A stretch of DNA of 46,311 nt from Pseudomonadota bacterium. Lineage in GTDB: Bacteria; Myxococcota_A; Bradymonadia; UBA4248. Made by a program: the position numbers and the translations under genes. Numbering within the stretch: the stretch's first letter is position 1; each line of letters begins with the position of its first letter. Shown piece after piece: positions 26,196-37,560 of the stretch. The DNA is taken from positions 1 through 46,311 of the forward strand of contig JAFOHE010000022.1 in the NCBI GenBank assembly GCA_017421975.1. The letters run 5' to 3'. Below the pieces are notes generated by a model. The model saw nothing but the letters and a program-made list of their open reading frames with translations. It was not told the DNA's origin and did not search any database.

Positions 26196-27620
26196 ATGGA
26201 TGATACTTTGAAGCCAAAGGTTTGGAGACAAACATTAGCGGTCTATTTTCAGCTCCCCATGCTCATTACCTTCGGACTTGGCATTGCAAGTGGTTTTCCG
26301 TTACTTCTTACTGGATCGACGCTCGCCACGCGCATGACGGAAAGCGGGGTCGATATCAAGCTGATCGGTGTCTTTGCCCTCGTCGGTTTGCCATACACGC
26401 TGAAGTTTCTTTGGGCACCATTTGTGGATGCTATTAAACTCGGCAAAACCGATCTTGCCCATCGACGCCGCTGGTTATGGTTGACTCAAGGGGCTCTTGC
26501 GGCGTCACTTTTGGGAATGGCTCTCTGTCAGCCGGAGTCCCAAATCTTTCTCCTGGCGGTTCTGGCGTTGGCCGTGGCTTTGTTTTCTGCAACGCAGGAT
26601 ATTGTGATCGATGCCTTGCGCGTTGAAATGTTGCCTCAGGCTGATCAGGGGGCGGGCGCGGCCATGAGTGTATCCGGATACCGCGTGGGGATGTTGTTTG
26701 CAGGCGCGGGCGCACTCCTCGCCGCAACGTACCTCCCATGGACGGTCGTGTATATCTTCGCGGCTGCATTTATGCTTCTTTGTATGCCGCTCGCGCTTGC
26801 CATTCGCAGGCTTGCCGGATTGGAAGAAAAATGTAAGAAGTCGGAGGCTGAAAGTCTCATCGTTGACGGGGCTTTGAGGGCGGAATTTGAGAATGACAAG
26901 GGACGGACTCCGAAAGATAAGGCGAAAATAGGGCAGGACATGGGCCTGTTTTATCGCGTCATACTTGCGCCTTTGCTCAATGCCGTACTTGCGCCTTTGC
27001 TCGATTTTATTCGAAGTTATGGACGTGGGGCGATTCCCATTTTGCTCTTCATTCTGCTCTTCAAACTCGGCGATGCCATGGCGAGCAGCTTGTCCATGCC
27101 ATTTTACCTCGCTATGGGGTTCTCAAAGCCGGAAATTGTCGCTGTCACCAAAGTCCTCGGCATTGGGGCGATCTTTTTGGGCACCTTTTTAGGCGGTTTT
27201 GTCGTCAAACAATTGTCTTTGTGGCGAGCTCTCCTCCTTTGTGGAACGGTACAGCTCTTGTCCAATTTCGTCTTTGTCTGGCTTGCACACGTCGGACATA
27301 GCATGCCTGCACTCGTCGTCGCCATTTGTGTGGAAAATATCACGGGGGGAATGGGGACGGCAGCCTTCGTCGCTTATATGGCGAGTTTGTGTAACATTAA
27401 ATTTACTGCCACCCAGTATGCGCTCTTTTCGGCGTTGTCGAGCTGTGGAAGGACGATTTTCGCTTCGACAAGTGGCGTACTTGTTGAACAGTTGGGATGG
27501 AGCGGTTTTTATATCGCAACGGCGGTATTCGCTATGCCAGGTATGGGATTGCTGATGTTACTTCGTTCGAGGACCGATCAAAAAAGCGGCGAAACCACTC
27601 AAAAAACAAGCGCTGCGTAA
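26196..27620 (+). CDS. ampG: AmpG family muropeptide MFS transporter
   Basis: LGIASGFPLLL; PYTLKFLWAP; RRRW; FSATQDIVIDA; GYRVG; FTATQYALFS. Confidence 0.93.
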   Translation: MDDTLKPKVWRQTLAVYFQLPMLITFGLGIASGFPLLLTGSTLATRMTESGVDIKLIGVFALVGLPYTLKFLWAPFVDAIKLGKTDLAHRRRWLWLTQGALAASLLGMALCQPESQIFLLAVLALAVALFSATQDIVIDALRVEMLPQADQGAGAAMSVSGYRVGMLFAGAGALLAATYLPWTVVYIFAAAFMLLCMPLALAIRRLAGLEEKCKKSEAESLIVDGALRAEFENDKGRTPKDKAKIGQDMGLFYRVILAPLLNAVLAPLLDFIRSYGRGAIPILLFILLFKLGDAMASSLSMPFYLAMGFSKPEIVAVTKVLGIGAIFLGTFLGGFVVKQLSLWRALLLCGTVQLLSNFVFVWLAHVGHSMPALVVAICVENITGGMGTAAFVAYMASLCNIKFTATQYALFSALSSCGRTIFASTSGVLVEQLGWSGFYIATAVFAMPGMGLLMLLRSRTDQKSGETTQKTSAA

Positions 27621-27650
27621 GAATTCAATGGGGAGCCTCATGGCAAATAC

Positions 27651-27676
27651 AAAAAAGGCGGCAAAAACGCCGCCTT
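27651..27676 (-). terminator. Intrinsic terminator after dksA
   Basis: AAGGCGGC-N6-GCCGCCTT with a T run on the minus strand. Confidence 0.75.
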
Positions 27677-27681
27677 AAAGG

Positions 27682-28098
27682 TTACTCATCATCTTCGTCG
27701 TTCGTGATGTCACGACGCGGACGACGCGGACGTGGATGGTAATAACCACGTTCACGTTGCTCTTCATTTTGTTTACATTCGATGCATTGACGTGCAGCCG
27801 GGCGGGCAAGAAGGCGTTTGAAACCGATCTCTTCGCCACAGGATTCGCAGATGCCGAAATCATCATCTTCCATCCAATGTGCTGCTTCATCAAGTTTCTG
27901 AAGCAGACGAAGGTCGCGGGATTGAAGCCGTTCCATGGTCAATACGATGCCTTCCGAATTCGCGATATCCGCTTCGTCACCTCGGATTTCGGGTTCATAA
28001 GCCTCGTCGTTACGTTCATTGAGTTTTTCGAGGATCTCGCGTCTCTGTTTTTCAATCGACTGACGGATCTGATTAAGTTGATCTTGTGTCAAATACAT
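27682..28098 (-). CDS. dksA: DksA/TraR C4 zinc-finger transcription factor
   Basis: Coiled-coil tip DEADIA; CESCGEEIGFKRLLARP...CIECK. Confidence 0.88.
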   Translation of the reverse strand: MYLTQDQLNQIRQSIEKQRREILEKLNERNDEAYEPEIRGDEADIANSEGIVLTMERLQSRDLRLLQKLDEAAHWMEDDDFGICESCGEEIGFKRLLARPAARQCIECKQNEEQRERGYYHPRPRRPRRDITNDEDDE

Positions 28099-28199
28099 GA
28101 CTCACCTGCCTTGAATGAATGTTTCCTGATATGATCGAACCGTTCAGAATAACGAGCATAAAATTCGCGGCGCGCATTTAGACATTTGTCGCGCTGTCG

Positions 28200-28838
28200 T
28201 CAATCATTAATTTTATTTTTAGCGATAATTCTTGAAAGACGAAAATGGGCATCTGTTGAACTGAGCAGAAGCGGGCATTGTGGATCCTTCAGAATGACCA
28301 TAGTCTCATGGCGCGTCGTATGCGCATGCACAGCTTCCACGCGCACGGTTTCATTTTGATTTGTGAATGTGTACAGGATCGTTTCTGGGGATTCAAGCCT
28401 TACGGGAGGCGCTTCCAAAGAGCGCATCGTCCTGAAATACGTTTCGCCATTTGACATGAGTTCGCGTAATTGAGTGGGTGAAATGAAAAAATCACAAGAA
28501 TCGTCATACTGCCCTTCGGGAATCATCCATGATGCGACGCTCCTGCACGTGTCGAGGGCTGTTTGCGTATCAAGACCTTCCGCGTCAAGATGACCGTTGT
28601 CGTCATAATAGGTATAGCGCCATGTAATGCCGCCTTCCCATTTGTCAAGAACCGTCAGTTCAAGCCGGTCTTTGAGGCGCGGATCGATATTCTCATAGAT
28701 TAGCGTGACGCCTGGCAAGAGTTGGGGACAGGCCGGGGGAAGCATATCTTGGGCATAAATTCTGGCTGATGGGTACAGACTGCCAAAGGCAAGGATACAG
28801 AAGGTACAGAGAATAAAAATAAAGGGATTGCGATGCAT
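28200..28838 (-). CDS. Hypothetical secreted protein
   Basis: 212-aa ORF with a signal peptide; fills the gap between genes; no family recognised. Confidence 0.7.
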   Translation of the reverse strand: MHRNPFIFILCTFCILAFGSLYPSARIYAQDMLPPACPQLLPGVTLIYENIDPRLKDRLELTVLDKWEGGITWRYTYYDDNGHLDAEGLDTQTALDTCRSVASWMIPEGQYDDSCDFFISPTQLRELMSNGETYFRTMRSLEAPPVRLESPETILYTFTNQNETVRVEAVHAHTTRHETMVILKDPQCPLLLSSTDAHFRLSRIIAKNKIND

Positions 28839-28999
28839 TTTTGTTGTCTTTTTAAGCGTCGGAGTGTTGACGTCACGCGATATTCGTGAAAGAGTAAACT
28901 GTTTGCGGATAGAACAATTATCCAGATTGTTTTAATAGCGTGCCCGTAATGGTTCGTTGGACGCGTGGCTATGACTTACCAGAAAAATGTGTTTTGATT

Positions 29000-29551
29000 A
29001 TGAAGAAACTAGTTTTAGATGTGGATGAAACTCTCGTCTTTTCTTCCAATGAAATGTACAGTCCTGCATGTGTCGAACTTTCAGCGCAGGGAACAAAATT
29101 CTATACGAGCTTCAGACCTGGTACAAAGCCTTTTCTGGAGTATGTACTGAAGAATTTTGAATGTTGGATATGGTCGACTGGGCAGCAGGCTTATCTTGAG
29201 GCGTTATTCGATCATCTCGGCATGAGTGGATTTACGCTATGGGGGCGCGATCAATGTGTGCGAACGAATAAAAGTGAAATGGAACCTTATGAAAAGCCGC
29301 TTCGAAAAATTACGAAGGATTTGACTCAGATCGTCATCGTCGATAATACGCCATCCGTTTATGCCAAAACGCCACAAAATGGGATTTTTATCAGAACCTG
29401 GCGCGGCGAACAAAATGATACGGAGCTTGAACACTTGAGTTACTATCTGGAATGGCTAAAAGATCAACCTTCGATGCAGCGGGATCATTGTTCGTGGCGC
29501 ATGGAAACGCTTTGCCTCAGGTCGGTCGTACGAGGCGTCATGAAGGGGTGA
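29000..29551 (+). CDS. NIF/FCP1-like HAD phosphatase (track start 28940)
   Basis: KLVLDVDETLV; FRPG..PFL; IWST; YEKPLRK; IVIVDNTP; PQNGI; WRGEQNDTEL. Confidence 0.88.
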   Translation: MKKLVLDVDETLVFSSNEMYSPACVELSAQGTKFYTSFRPGTKPFLEYVLKNFECWIWSTGQQAYLEALFDHLGMSGFTLWGRDQCVRTNKSEMEPYEKPLRKITKDLTQIVIVDNTPSVYAKTPQNGIFIRTWRGEQNDTELEHLSYYLEWLKDQPSMQRDHCSWRMETLCLRSVVRGVMKG

Positions 29552-29585
29552 CGCCTGGCGTCGCGAGCGTAGCGGAGAACGGAGA

Positions 29586-30377
29586 ATGAAGAAGATTGAA
29601 ATCTTTTTGTTCGTAATTTGGATGGCCACGCTGGCCGTTATGGCAGGGTGTGGTCAGTCAGCAACGCCTGTTCAAAAAATGGGCGATGTTTCCTATGGCG
29701 ATGTGGACGGCCTGCCAGATCGTGCAACTTCTCCCGTTGTGTTGCAAGGCAATATCCTTATGAATGCCGGATTCGAAAATGGCACTGAAACGTGGCAATG
29801 GCTCGATTGGTCTAAGGGATGGGCGGCTTTTAAGCATGCGACGGATCATTCTTATGAAGGAAATGGTTCCCTCTATCTCCCACTAAAAAGTGACGAGCGT
29901 CCGACGGTCGTTTGGGGGGCTGTGCAGGAAATCACGCTTGACGACGATATACCGGAGTGCGTCGAAGGCTACTACTATATTGAGCAATGGCACAGTGGGG
30001 ACTGGAAGCAGTATCTTCAGGTTGTTATTATTGATCTGTCTCATTCTTTAGGCGAGAAAATGGGACAGGCGCAACTGCGTTATATCGTATCGGGTACAAC
30101 GACGCCCCCGCTCAATATAAGTAATGCCCAGTATCTATTTGTTGAGACGCACCGTCGAGAGACGCCTGTCCTCAAACAGTGGACAAAATTTAGTTTTAAC
30201 CCGCGTGCGGATTTTGAAAAAAATTGGAATTATAAACCCACGAAAGGCGCGAAATTACGCGTCCTTTTTGAAGCCCGTTATGATCACCATCGGAAGCAAC
30301 AGAATCCGGTGTTGGCTGACGTCTATTTTGATAACCTTTACATGGGGCCTAAAACAGCGACGCGTTGTGCGGACTGA
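29586..30377 (+). CDS. Lipoprotein, possible galactose-binding/CBM-like beta-sandwich
   Basis: Lipobox MAGC; NILMNAGFE at the start and VYFDNL at the end of the domain. Confidence 0.65.
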   Translation: MKKIEIFLFVIWMATLAVMAGCGQSATPVQKMGDVSYGDVDGLPDRATSPVVLQGNILMNAGFENGTETWQWLDWSKGWAAFKHATDHSYEGNGSLYLPLKSDERPTVVWGAVQEITLDDDIPECVEGYYYIEQWHSGDWKQYLQVVIIDLSHSLGEKMGQAQLRYIVSGTTTPPLNISNAQYLFVETHRRETPVLKQWTKFSFNPRADFEKNWNYKPTKGAKLRVLFEARYDHHRKQQNPVLADVYFDNLYMGPKTATRCAD

Positions 30378-30405
30378 GTACCCCTTTTTATGCCGGAGGA
30401 TAGAT

Positions 30406-30759
30406 ATGGCTGATTTATTTGGTAAGCGTGTGGATTTGGATGTCTGTGCAATGCATGTGGCTCCCGGCGGAAGCCTTGTGGTTGATGTGAAGGGTAACAA
30501 AAAAGTTGTCGCTGATTTTCTTTGTGCGCTTCGCGAAGAAATTGCCTATGGCATGGTTTCTGTTGAGGTCGTTGGGGATGCGGAGGTACACGTCGCCATT
30601 TATTTTGGTAAGGCAGACGAAGATGCCATGAAAGATGTGCTCGCCAGAAATGAGGCATTCGCGGCTTTGAAAATGAAAAATACGGTCGTGGACGAAGGAG
30701 AAAAGCGTAATGCGCTGAGCATGGCTTCGAGAAATCAGGTCATCAACGCATTAATGTGA
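30406..30759 (+). CDS. Hypothetical protein, 117 aa (track ORF 30124 is over-extended)
   Basis: RBS GGAGGA before ATG 30406; this start avoids overlap with the upstream gene. Confidence 0.65.
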   Translation: MADLFGKRVDLDVCAMHVAPGGSLVVDVKGNKKVVADFLCALREEIAYGMVSVEVVGDAEVHVAIYFGKADEDAMKDVLARNEAFAALKMKNTVVDEGEKRNALSMASRNQVINALM

Positions 30760-30829
30760 TTTTTTTCAAAGCGTGGTAAACTGACAAAACCTGTGTGGTT
30801 TAATGCTGTTTTGACCGGAGATTTGAGAT

Positions 30830-31873
30830 ATGCGCCATAATTTGATTTGCCTATTGTTTTTGATGTTGTGCCTGACGCCAGCGGCGGCTTTTGCCCAAAA
30901 TGACGCAGCTTCCGATGCGCCAAAGGTCATTGTCCTGAAAAATGCGGCAGATCAAAAGCCTGCTTCAGATCAGGGGATGGAGGCGCAGTCTCAGGACGCT
31001 TCAGAACAGCCAACAGTGATCACGCTTAGAAATGCGACAAACGCTGCGGATGAAAATACGCAAAGCGCAGTCAGTGATGAAGGCGTTTCGCAGGCACATG
31101 AAGCTACGGGCGAAAATGCGGATGCGTCAATTCCCCCCACAGACGATAATTGGGTCTGGTCCGGTGATGAAACGACGGTCGTGGATCAGAGACATAGCGA
31201 AGATGAAGTCTGGGTATGGGCGGATCGCACGGAAGATGAGCGTGTCGCTTCCGATAATGAGCGTGTCATTCGGGGACACGGGCTTCAGTTAGGCATGAGC
31301 CTCGTGGGTATTCCCGGGTATATCTTCGGAAGTTGGTTTGACAAACATGGCAATATGTGGGATGGCGTAGCCAATATGGGGTTCTCGCTTGATTATACGA
31401 TGCGTTTTACGTTCCCCATGGAATTGCGTCTTTCTTTGTCCTGGACGAGTCTCCGTACAGGTAATGCGTATTGGCTTAAAGAAAGCAATGCTGATTCGCC
31501 TGAACTTGCGGATTACATTGTCAACACGTTGAGTACGGTGGCGATTGAAGCGGCTGTCTATCACATGATTCCGATTATTGATAACATTTCGTTCTACTAT
31601 GGTGGCGGTCTGTGGGGTGGTGTCGTACTCGGAGATTTGCAGGCCTATGCCGTTGACAGTTCATGTGCCGACTATACGCAATCTTTTGAAGATATTGATG
31701 CGTGCGGCCATGCGTCATCAAGCCACGCGATTCAAGGGGTTCCGCCCATGCTAGGCTCCCTTATCGTGACGCTCGGTTTTAAATTTGTCGTTCTTGAAAA
31801 AATGACGATTCGCGCTGAAGGCGGCTTTAAGGGTTATTTCTACGGCCAAGTCGGTCTTGGCGTCGAGTTCTAG
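30830..31873 (+). CDS. Probable outer-membrane beta-barrel protein with an acidic disordered N-terminus
   Basis: Signal peptide ending AFA; C-terminal strand YGQVGLGVEF. Confidence 0.7.
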   Translation: MRHNLICLLFLMLCLTPAAAFAQNDAASDAPKVIVLKNAADQKPASDQGMEAQSQDASEQPTVITLRNATNAADENTQSAVSDEGVSQAHEATGENADASIPPTDDNWVWSGDETTVVDQRHSEDEVWVWADRTEDERVASDNERVIRGHGLQLGMSLVGIPGYIFGSWFDKHGNMWDGVANMGFSLDYTMRFTFPMELRLSLSWTSLRTGNAYWLKESNADSPELADYIVNTLSTVAIEAAVYHMIPIIDNISFYYGGGLWGGVVLGDLQAYAVDSSCADYTQSFEDIDACGHASSSHAIQGVPPMLGSLIVTLGFKFVVLEKMTIRAEGGFKGYFYGQVGLGVEF

Positions 31874-32018
31874 CCATAAAAAGCACCTCGCTGATGCAGA
31901 AAAAGCGGAACACGACGCTGGACATTTGTTTGCGCTTTCTGGGGGACGTGTGATCGGATGATGTTTGCCGATGCCCTCAGAGACATTTCACCGCACTTTT
32001 TTGTGAGTGGTGGCGCAT

Positions 32019-33935
32019 TTATGAGAGTTCGTCGATAATTTTTTGTGCGAGTTTGAGCGGAATTTCTGCTGTTCTGGCGATGTTGTCTGGCGTCTGGCGT
32101 GCGATATTGGCAACGCTGCCGAATGCCTGAAGCAGTTTGGCGCGTCGTTTCGGGCCTATGCCTTCAATGGCATCGAGACGGCTTTTCATCGTCTCACTCT
32201 CACGCGTGCGGCGATGGAAGCCAATGGCGCGTTTGTGTGTCTCATCTCGAATGTTGGCCATCAACAGAATGACGGGATCATTTTGTTCAAGGATAAGCGG
32301 TTCTTCGATGTTAGGATAGACGAGACGTTCGGGACTGTGTTCGACTTCGTGTGCGGCATTTTCGGACTGCATACGGGCTTTGGCTATGCCAATGACATCG
32401 AAGGCACCAGTCATGCCGCTTGTTTCGACAGCAGCCATGACGGCATTTACCTGGCCGTGACCGCCGTCAATCAGAAGCAGGTCGGGCATTTCACAAAAGG
32501 ATGCTTCTGCATTTGAGAGATGGTGTTCTTCCTCTTCGGAAGGCTTTAAATAGCGCAATCTTCGGGAGAGAACTTCATTGAGGCTTCCGAAGTCGTCCTG
32601 GCCCTGCGTCGTTCGGATCTTGAATGTTCGGCAACGTGAGGTATCTAGTTTTCCCTGAATGAAGACGACCATGGCAGCGACAATTTGACCGCCTTGCATG
32701 TTGGAAATATCGTAACATTCGATGCGGTGGGGGTAGCGTTGCAGGCCGAGTTTTTGCTCGACGAGGAGAAGCAGATCGCTCTCGTTCGTGCGGCGTTGGT
32801 TGACTTGTTGTTCGGCATTGAGCTGAGCGGTCTCGAGCAGAGAGGATTTGGTACCACGTTGTGGAAAAGTGAGCGTGATGTGTCGGCCGCTCAGGGCTTC
32901 GCACGTTTCCTGAAGGAGGTCTTTTTGTTCCTCAAGCGTGCGATCAAGGATGATTTCGGACGGATAATTGTCAAACGTCTGATAATGATGAACCATGATT
33001 TGAAGCAGAATGTCGGCAGGCGGGGTAACGCTGTCTCTGGCTTCATACGTCTGCATGTGTATCAGACGCCCCTGACGAACGAGAAGAACGACAACACAAC
33101 GCATGATGTCGTCACCGGACATGGCCCAGTAGTCCTGATTGACGGGGGTTTTCTGGACGATCTTTTGTTGTTCACAGATATCTTCTATGGCGGCAATTTG
33201 GTCGCGGTAAAGCGCGGCCTGTTCAAAGGCGAGCTGTTCTGCGGCGAGGTTCATGCGGGCAAGAAGCTTTGTTTTTAGGTCGTCATATCGGCCGGAAAGA
33301 AAGAGGATGGCATCCTGGCACTGGCGCAGATATTCGTATTCATCGACCTGGATGAGGCAAGGCCCAAGACAGCGGTGAATCTCATATTGAAGGCAGGGGC
33401 GCGTTCGATTTGCAAAAACTTTGTCATTGCACGTCCTGAGCTGGAAATACCGATTGAGGACGGCAAGACTCCGGCGGCATGCCTGACCGGAAGGATAGGG
33501 GCCGAAGTAATGGGCTTTGTCATTTTTCCGCCGTCGAACGATTTCGACGCGAGGCCATTTTTCGTTTAGATCAATGCGAAGTTGGGGCATGTCCTTATCA
33601 TCTTTGAGAAGGACGTTGAAACGCGGGCGATGGCGTTTGATAAGGCCGGCCTCGAGGATGAGGGCTTCGCGTTCATTTTTTGTGATGATGACGTCAATTT
33701 TTTCAAGCACGTCGCCCAACATGGAAACGAAAGCGCGATCATCGTGACCGCTGAAATACTGGCTCACACGTCGATGCAGGTTTTTTGCCTTGCCGACGTA
33801 AATGACCGTGTCTTGGCGGTCTTTCATGAGGTAACAGCCGGGGTTATCTGGTATTTTGGGGAGTTCCGTAGTCGGATCAAACATCGTGGTCACATGGGGG
33901 CAGGGGGCGAATTGAGAAGAAGATGTGTGTGGCAC
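32019..33935 (-). CDS. uvrC: Excinuclease ABC subunit C (alternative start 33884)
   Basis: PGCYLM...IYVGKAKNL (GIY-YIG); IECYDIS; PDLLLIDGGHGQ; RDETH; GIGPKR (HhH). Confidence 0.97.
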   Translation of the reverse strand: MPHTSSSQFAPCPHVTTMFDPTTELPKIPDNPGCYLMKDRQDTVIYVGKAKNLHRRVSQYFSGHDDRAFVSMLGDVLEKIDVIITKNEREALILEAGLIKRHRPRFNVLLKDDKDMPQLRIDLNEKWPRVEIVRRRKNDKAHYFGPYPSGQACRRSLAVLNRYFQLRTCNDKVFANRTRPCLQYEIHRCLGPCLIQVDEYEYLRQCQDAILFLSGRYDDLKTKLLARMNLAAEQLAFEQAALYRDQIAAIEDICEQQKIVQKTPVNQDYWAMSGDDIMRCVVVLLVRQGRLIHMQTYEARDSVTPPADILLQIMVHHYQTFDNYPSEIILDRTLEEQKDLLQETCEALSGRHITLTFPQRGTKSSLLETAQLNAEQQVNQRRTNESDLLLLVEQKLGLQRYPHRIECYDISNMQGGQIVAAMVVFIQGKLDTSRCRTFKIRTTQGQDDFGSLNEVLSRRLRYLKPSEEEEHHLSNAEASFCEMPDLLLIDGGHGQVNAVMAAVETSGMTGAFDVIGIAKARMQSENAAHEVEHSPERLVYPNIEEPLILEQNDPVILLMANIRDETHKRAIGFHRRTRESETMKSRLDAIEGIGPKRRAKLLQAFGSVANIARQTPDNIARTAEIPLKLAQKIIDELS

Positions 33936-34010
33936 ATCATAATATATGCCCTGTCATCAGGGACACGCTCGGCAAGCGATCACCCACAAAATGATGCGGA
34001 TAAATGCGTT

Positions 34011-34164
34011 GGGGGGCGTTGCGGGGGAACTCCCCCGCAGAGAGGGTAGCGGCGTATGGCGCAGAATGGGGCGTTGCTATCGGCGGAGCCGATACGCAAC
34101 GCGGCGCGGCTTCTCGCTTTGCTCAATACGCCGCGCCATAGCCGCGTAGGGGGCGGCTGCCCCC
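34011..34164 (-). repeat. Dispersed palindromic element, copy 3, long form
   Basis: Near-identical to copies 1 and 2. Confidence 0.92.
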
Positions 34165-34185
34165 ACCCAAAGGCGGGTGGAAGCT

Positions 34186-34737
34186 TTAGTTTGCCTTCGT
34201 CCAGGTGAGTGTGAACGTATCGACGCTTCTCAGCACTTTGACTGTGGCGGTTTGAGCGGATTTGAGTTTTTCCCACGTTGCGAAGTATTCATCAGGATTT
34301 TTAGGGAGTTTGCCGTCGATGGCCACGATGATGTCGCCGATGTCGAGATCGACGCCGTCGAATTTCCCGCGGTTAAATTTGACGATTTTGTAGCCAAGGA
34401 GCGCAGAGCCGTCGCGGACGGGATCGAGTGTGACGCGACCGAGAATGACGGCGGGGGAATCGGCAAAAAAGGCGTCATAATCGGCGGAAGGCACGGTGAA
34501 AGAGCGTTCGACGGCAGGTTTGGCGGGTTGAGGCATTTCGCCGCTGACCGAGACGTTGATTTCGGTGCCCATGGGAACTGAGGAAGGATGTTTGTCGATT
34601 TCTTCCTGGAAACGGGCCACTTCCTGAGGCGTGAGGTCGCGCTTGTCAGGCGTTGAAGCGCAGGCAAGGATGTTCATCGCCGTAAAGAGAAGCAGGACTG
34701 TCGGGATGAGACCGTTGAAAAAGCGTGTCATGCGCAT
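34186..34737 (-). CDS. PDZ-domain lipoprotein (GspC C-terminal-like)
   Basis: Lipobox ILAC; LLGYKI...LDIGDIIVAIDG...VKVLR. Confidence 0.7.
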   Translation of the reverse strand: MRMTRFFNGLIPTVLLLFTAMNILACASTPDKRDLTPQEVARFQEEIDKHPSSVPMGTEINVSVSGEMPQPAKPAVERSFTVPSADYDAFFADSPAVILGRVTLDPVRDGSALLGYKIVKFNRGKFDGVDLDIGDIIVAIDGKLPKNPDEYFATWEKLKSAQTATVKVLRSVDTFTLTWTKAN

Positions 34738-34875
34738 GCGTATCCTCCGTGAAGAAAAAAGGCGTTGGGATTGAAATAAGGGAATGATCCGTTAAAAAAA
34801 TAGACGGAAATCACAGGTTATTTTAATATAGCCTGATTTCCGGTTGTCGGCAAAAAATGTTGCGGAGGAGAACAG

Positions 34876-35544
34876 ATGAATCTTGGGCGATGGCATTTGT
34901 GCCGTTCAGCAGTATGGCTGATGGTGAGTGTGGCTTTATCAGCGTGTGTGTGCGCCGTGGCGTCGGAGGCTTATGCGAGTGCGGTTGTGGCGCTTGATGG
35001 AAGCCAGCGAGCGGCGATGAGTGATGCGATCGTGCATGGGGTTGTGTTGTCGTCCGAGCCGGTGGTGCTTGAGGATGGCCGATTGGTGACGCGGCACACG
35101 GTGCGCGTGATCCGATGGGTCAAGGCGGACGGTGCGCGTGTCCATGCGGAAACCGTCCATATTTATACGCGCGGTGGGCGCATCGGCGATCAGGTGACAC
35201 ACGTGTCAGGGGAGGCGCAGATGGATCCCGGGGAAGAAGTGGTCATTTACCTGATCGCGTTGTCATCGGATGCGGGGGAAAAGCGCTATTTTAGTCTTGG
35301 CATGGCGCAGGGAACCTATATTGTGCTTGAACGCGGAGAAGAGAGGCGCGTCGTCCGTTCCGATGTAAGAATGCGTCGTCGAGCGAGTCAGGCGACACGT
35401 GCGCGGGCATCGGTGGTGGTTCAGCCGGAAGTGGGGGATCAGACGTTGGATGCGTTTGTGGCGCAGATTGAAAAGGATATCGCTATGGGGCTTCGTCGTG
35501 AGGATGTGATGCGGCAGCTGCCTGCAAGGAGAGTTGTGCCATGA
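34876..35544 (+). CDS. Secreted hypothetical protein, translationally coupled to the matrixin gene
   Basis: Signal peptide; SDAIVHGVV, GGRIG, PGEEV, GMAQG; ATGA overlap with the next gene. Confidence 0.75.
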   Translation: MNLGRWHLCRSAVWLMVSVALSACVCAVASEAYASAVVALDGSQRAAMSDAIVHGVVLSSEPVVLEDGRLVTRHTVRVIRWVKADGARVHAETVHIYTRGGRIGDQVTHVSGEAQMDPGEEVVIYLIALSSDAGEKRYFSLGMAQGTYIVLERGEERRVVRSDVRMRRRASQATRARASVVVQPEVGDQTLDAFVAQIEKDIAMGLRREDVMRQLPARRVVP

Positions 35545-36416
35545 AGCATCTGGTGACCATAGTCTGTGTAGGGCTTGTAGGAGGGCTTTTTGCCGGTGAG
35601 CGGACAGCGTGGGCCTGGGAACAATCACAGACGTGTTATGACGCGCTCATGGATTGCCAGGAAGGGCTTGAACCGCTTCCGACGGCCTGGGAAAAACCTT
35701 GCATATCCATTTATTTAAATGAAAACGGGACGTCGCAGATGCCGTTTGATACAGTCCATTCGATTGTAGAATCGGCGGTGCTTGCCTGGAACCATCCGGG
35801 TGTTTCATCCTTGGGTATGCATTTTTCGGGACTGACGAACGAGACGCGTGTTGGTTACAATCCGTATACGTCGAGGAATGCAAACATTATCGTTTTTAGG
35901 GATGATGCGTGGCATGAGGATCCCAGCATTATGGCGCTGACGAGCGTGACGTATCGCAATTCGAGTGGTCAGATCTATGATGCGGATATGGAGATCAATA
36001 CGTATCTCTATGATTTTGGCGTGGTGTCACCGCGCAATGAGCGTGACGTGATTGATCTTCAGAACACGATTACGCATGAACTCGGGCACGTCGCCGGGCT
36101 TGACCATTCGGATGTATCGACGGCGACGATGTATCCGTATTCGACGGGCGGGGTGACGTATATGCAGACGCTTGATGCGGATGATCTTGAGGCCATTGGG
36201 ACGATATATCCGCCTGGTGATGCAGCGTCCTGTCAGTTTCATGACGCCTATTTTGAAAAACCGGACTGTGACATGGACAAGCCCTGTGGGTCGGACGGTG
36301 TGTGTTCGGTAAAAATGCATCAAGGGGCAAAAAAACCGTTTTTAGCCCTTGCCATCGTTCTTTTTGCGCTTATTCTGACATCTGTCATTCGACGGTATGT
36401 TGCAAGGACGTCATGA
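35541..36416 (+). CDS. Matrixin (M10) family Zn metalloprotease with a C-terminal sorting signal
   Basis: HELGHVAGLDH; Met-turn ATMYP; LDADD; tail GVCS-linker-TM-RR. Confidence 0.9.
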   Translation: MKHLVTIVCVGLVGGLFAGERTAWAWEQSQTCYDALMDCQEGLEPLPTAWEKPCISIYLNENGTSQMPFDTVHSIVESAVLAWNHPGVSSLGMHFSGLTNETRVGYNPYTSRNANIIVFRDDAWHEDPSIMALTSVTYRNSSGQIYDADMEINTYLYDFGVVSPRNERDVIDLQNTITHELGHVAGLDHSDVSTATMYPYSTGGVTYMQTLDADDLEAIGTIYPPGDAASCQFHDAYFEKPDCDMDKPCGSDGVCSVKMHQGAKKPFLALAIVLFALILTSVIRRYVARTS

Positions 36417-36439
36417 GCCATGGCGGGACGATATACAGA

Positions 36440-37535
<1,096 letters not shown>

Positions 37536-37560
37536 TTTCATGAGCTTCTGATGCTTTTTG

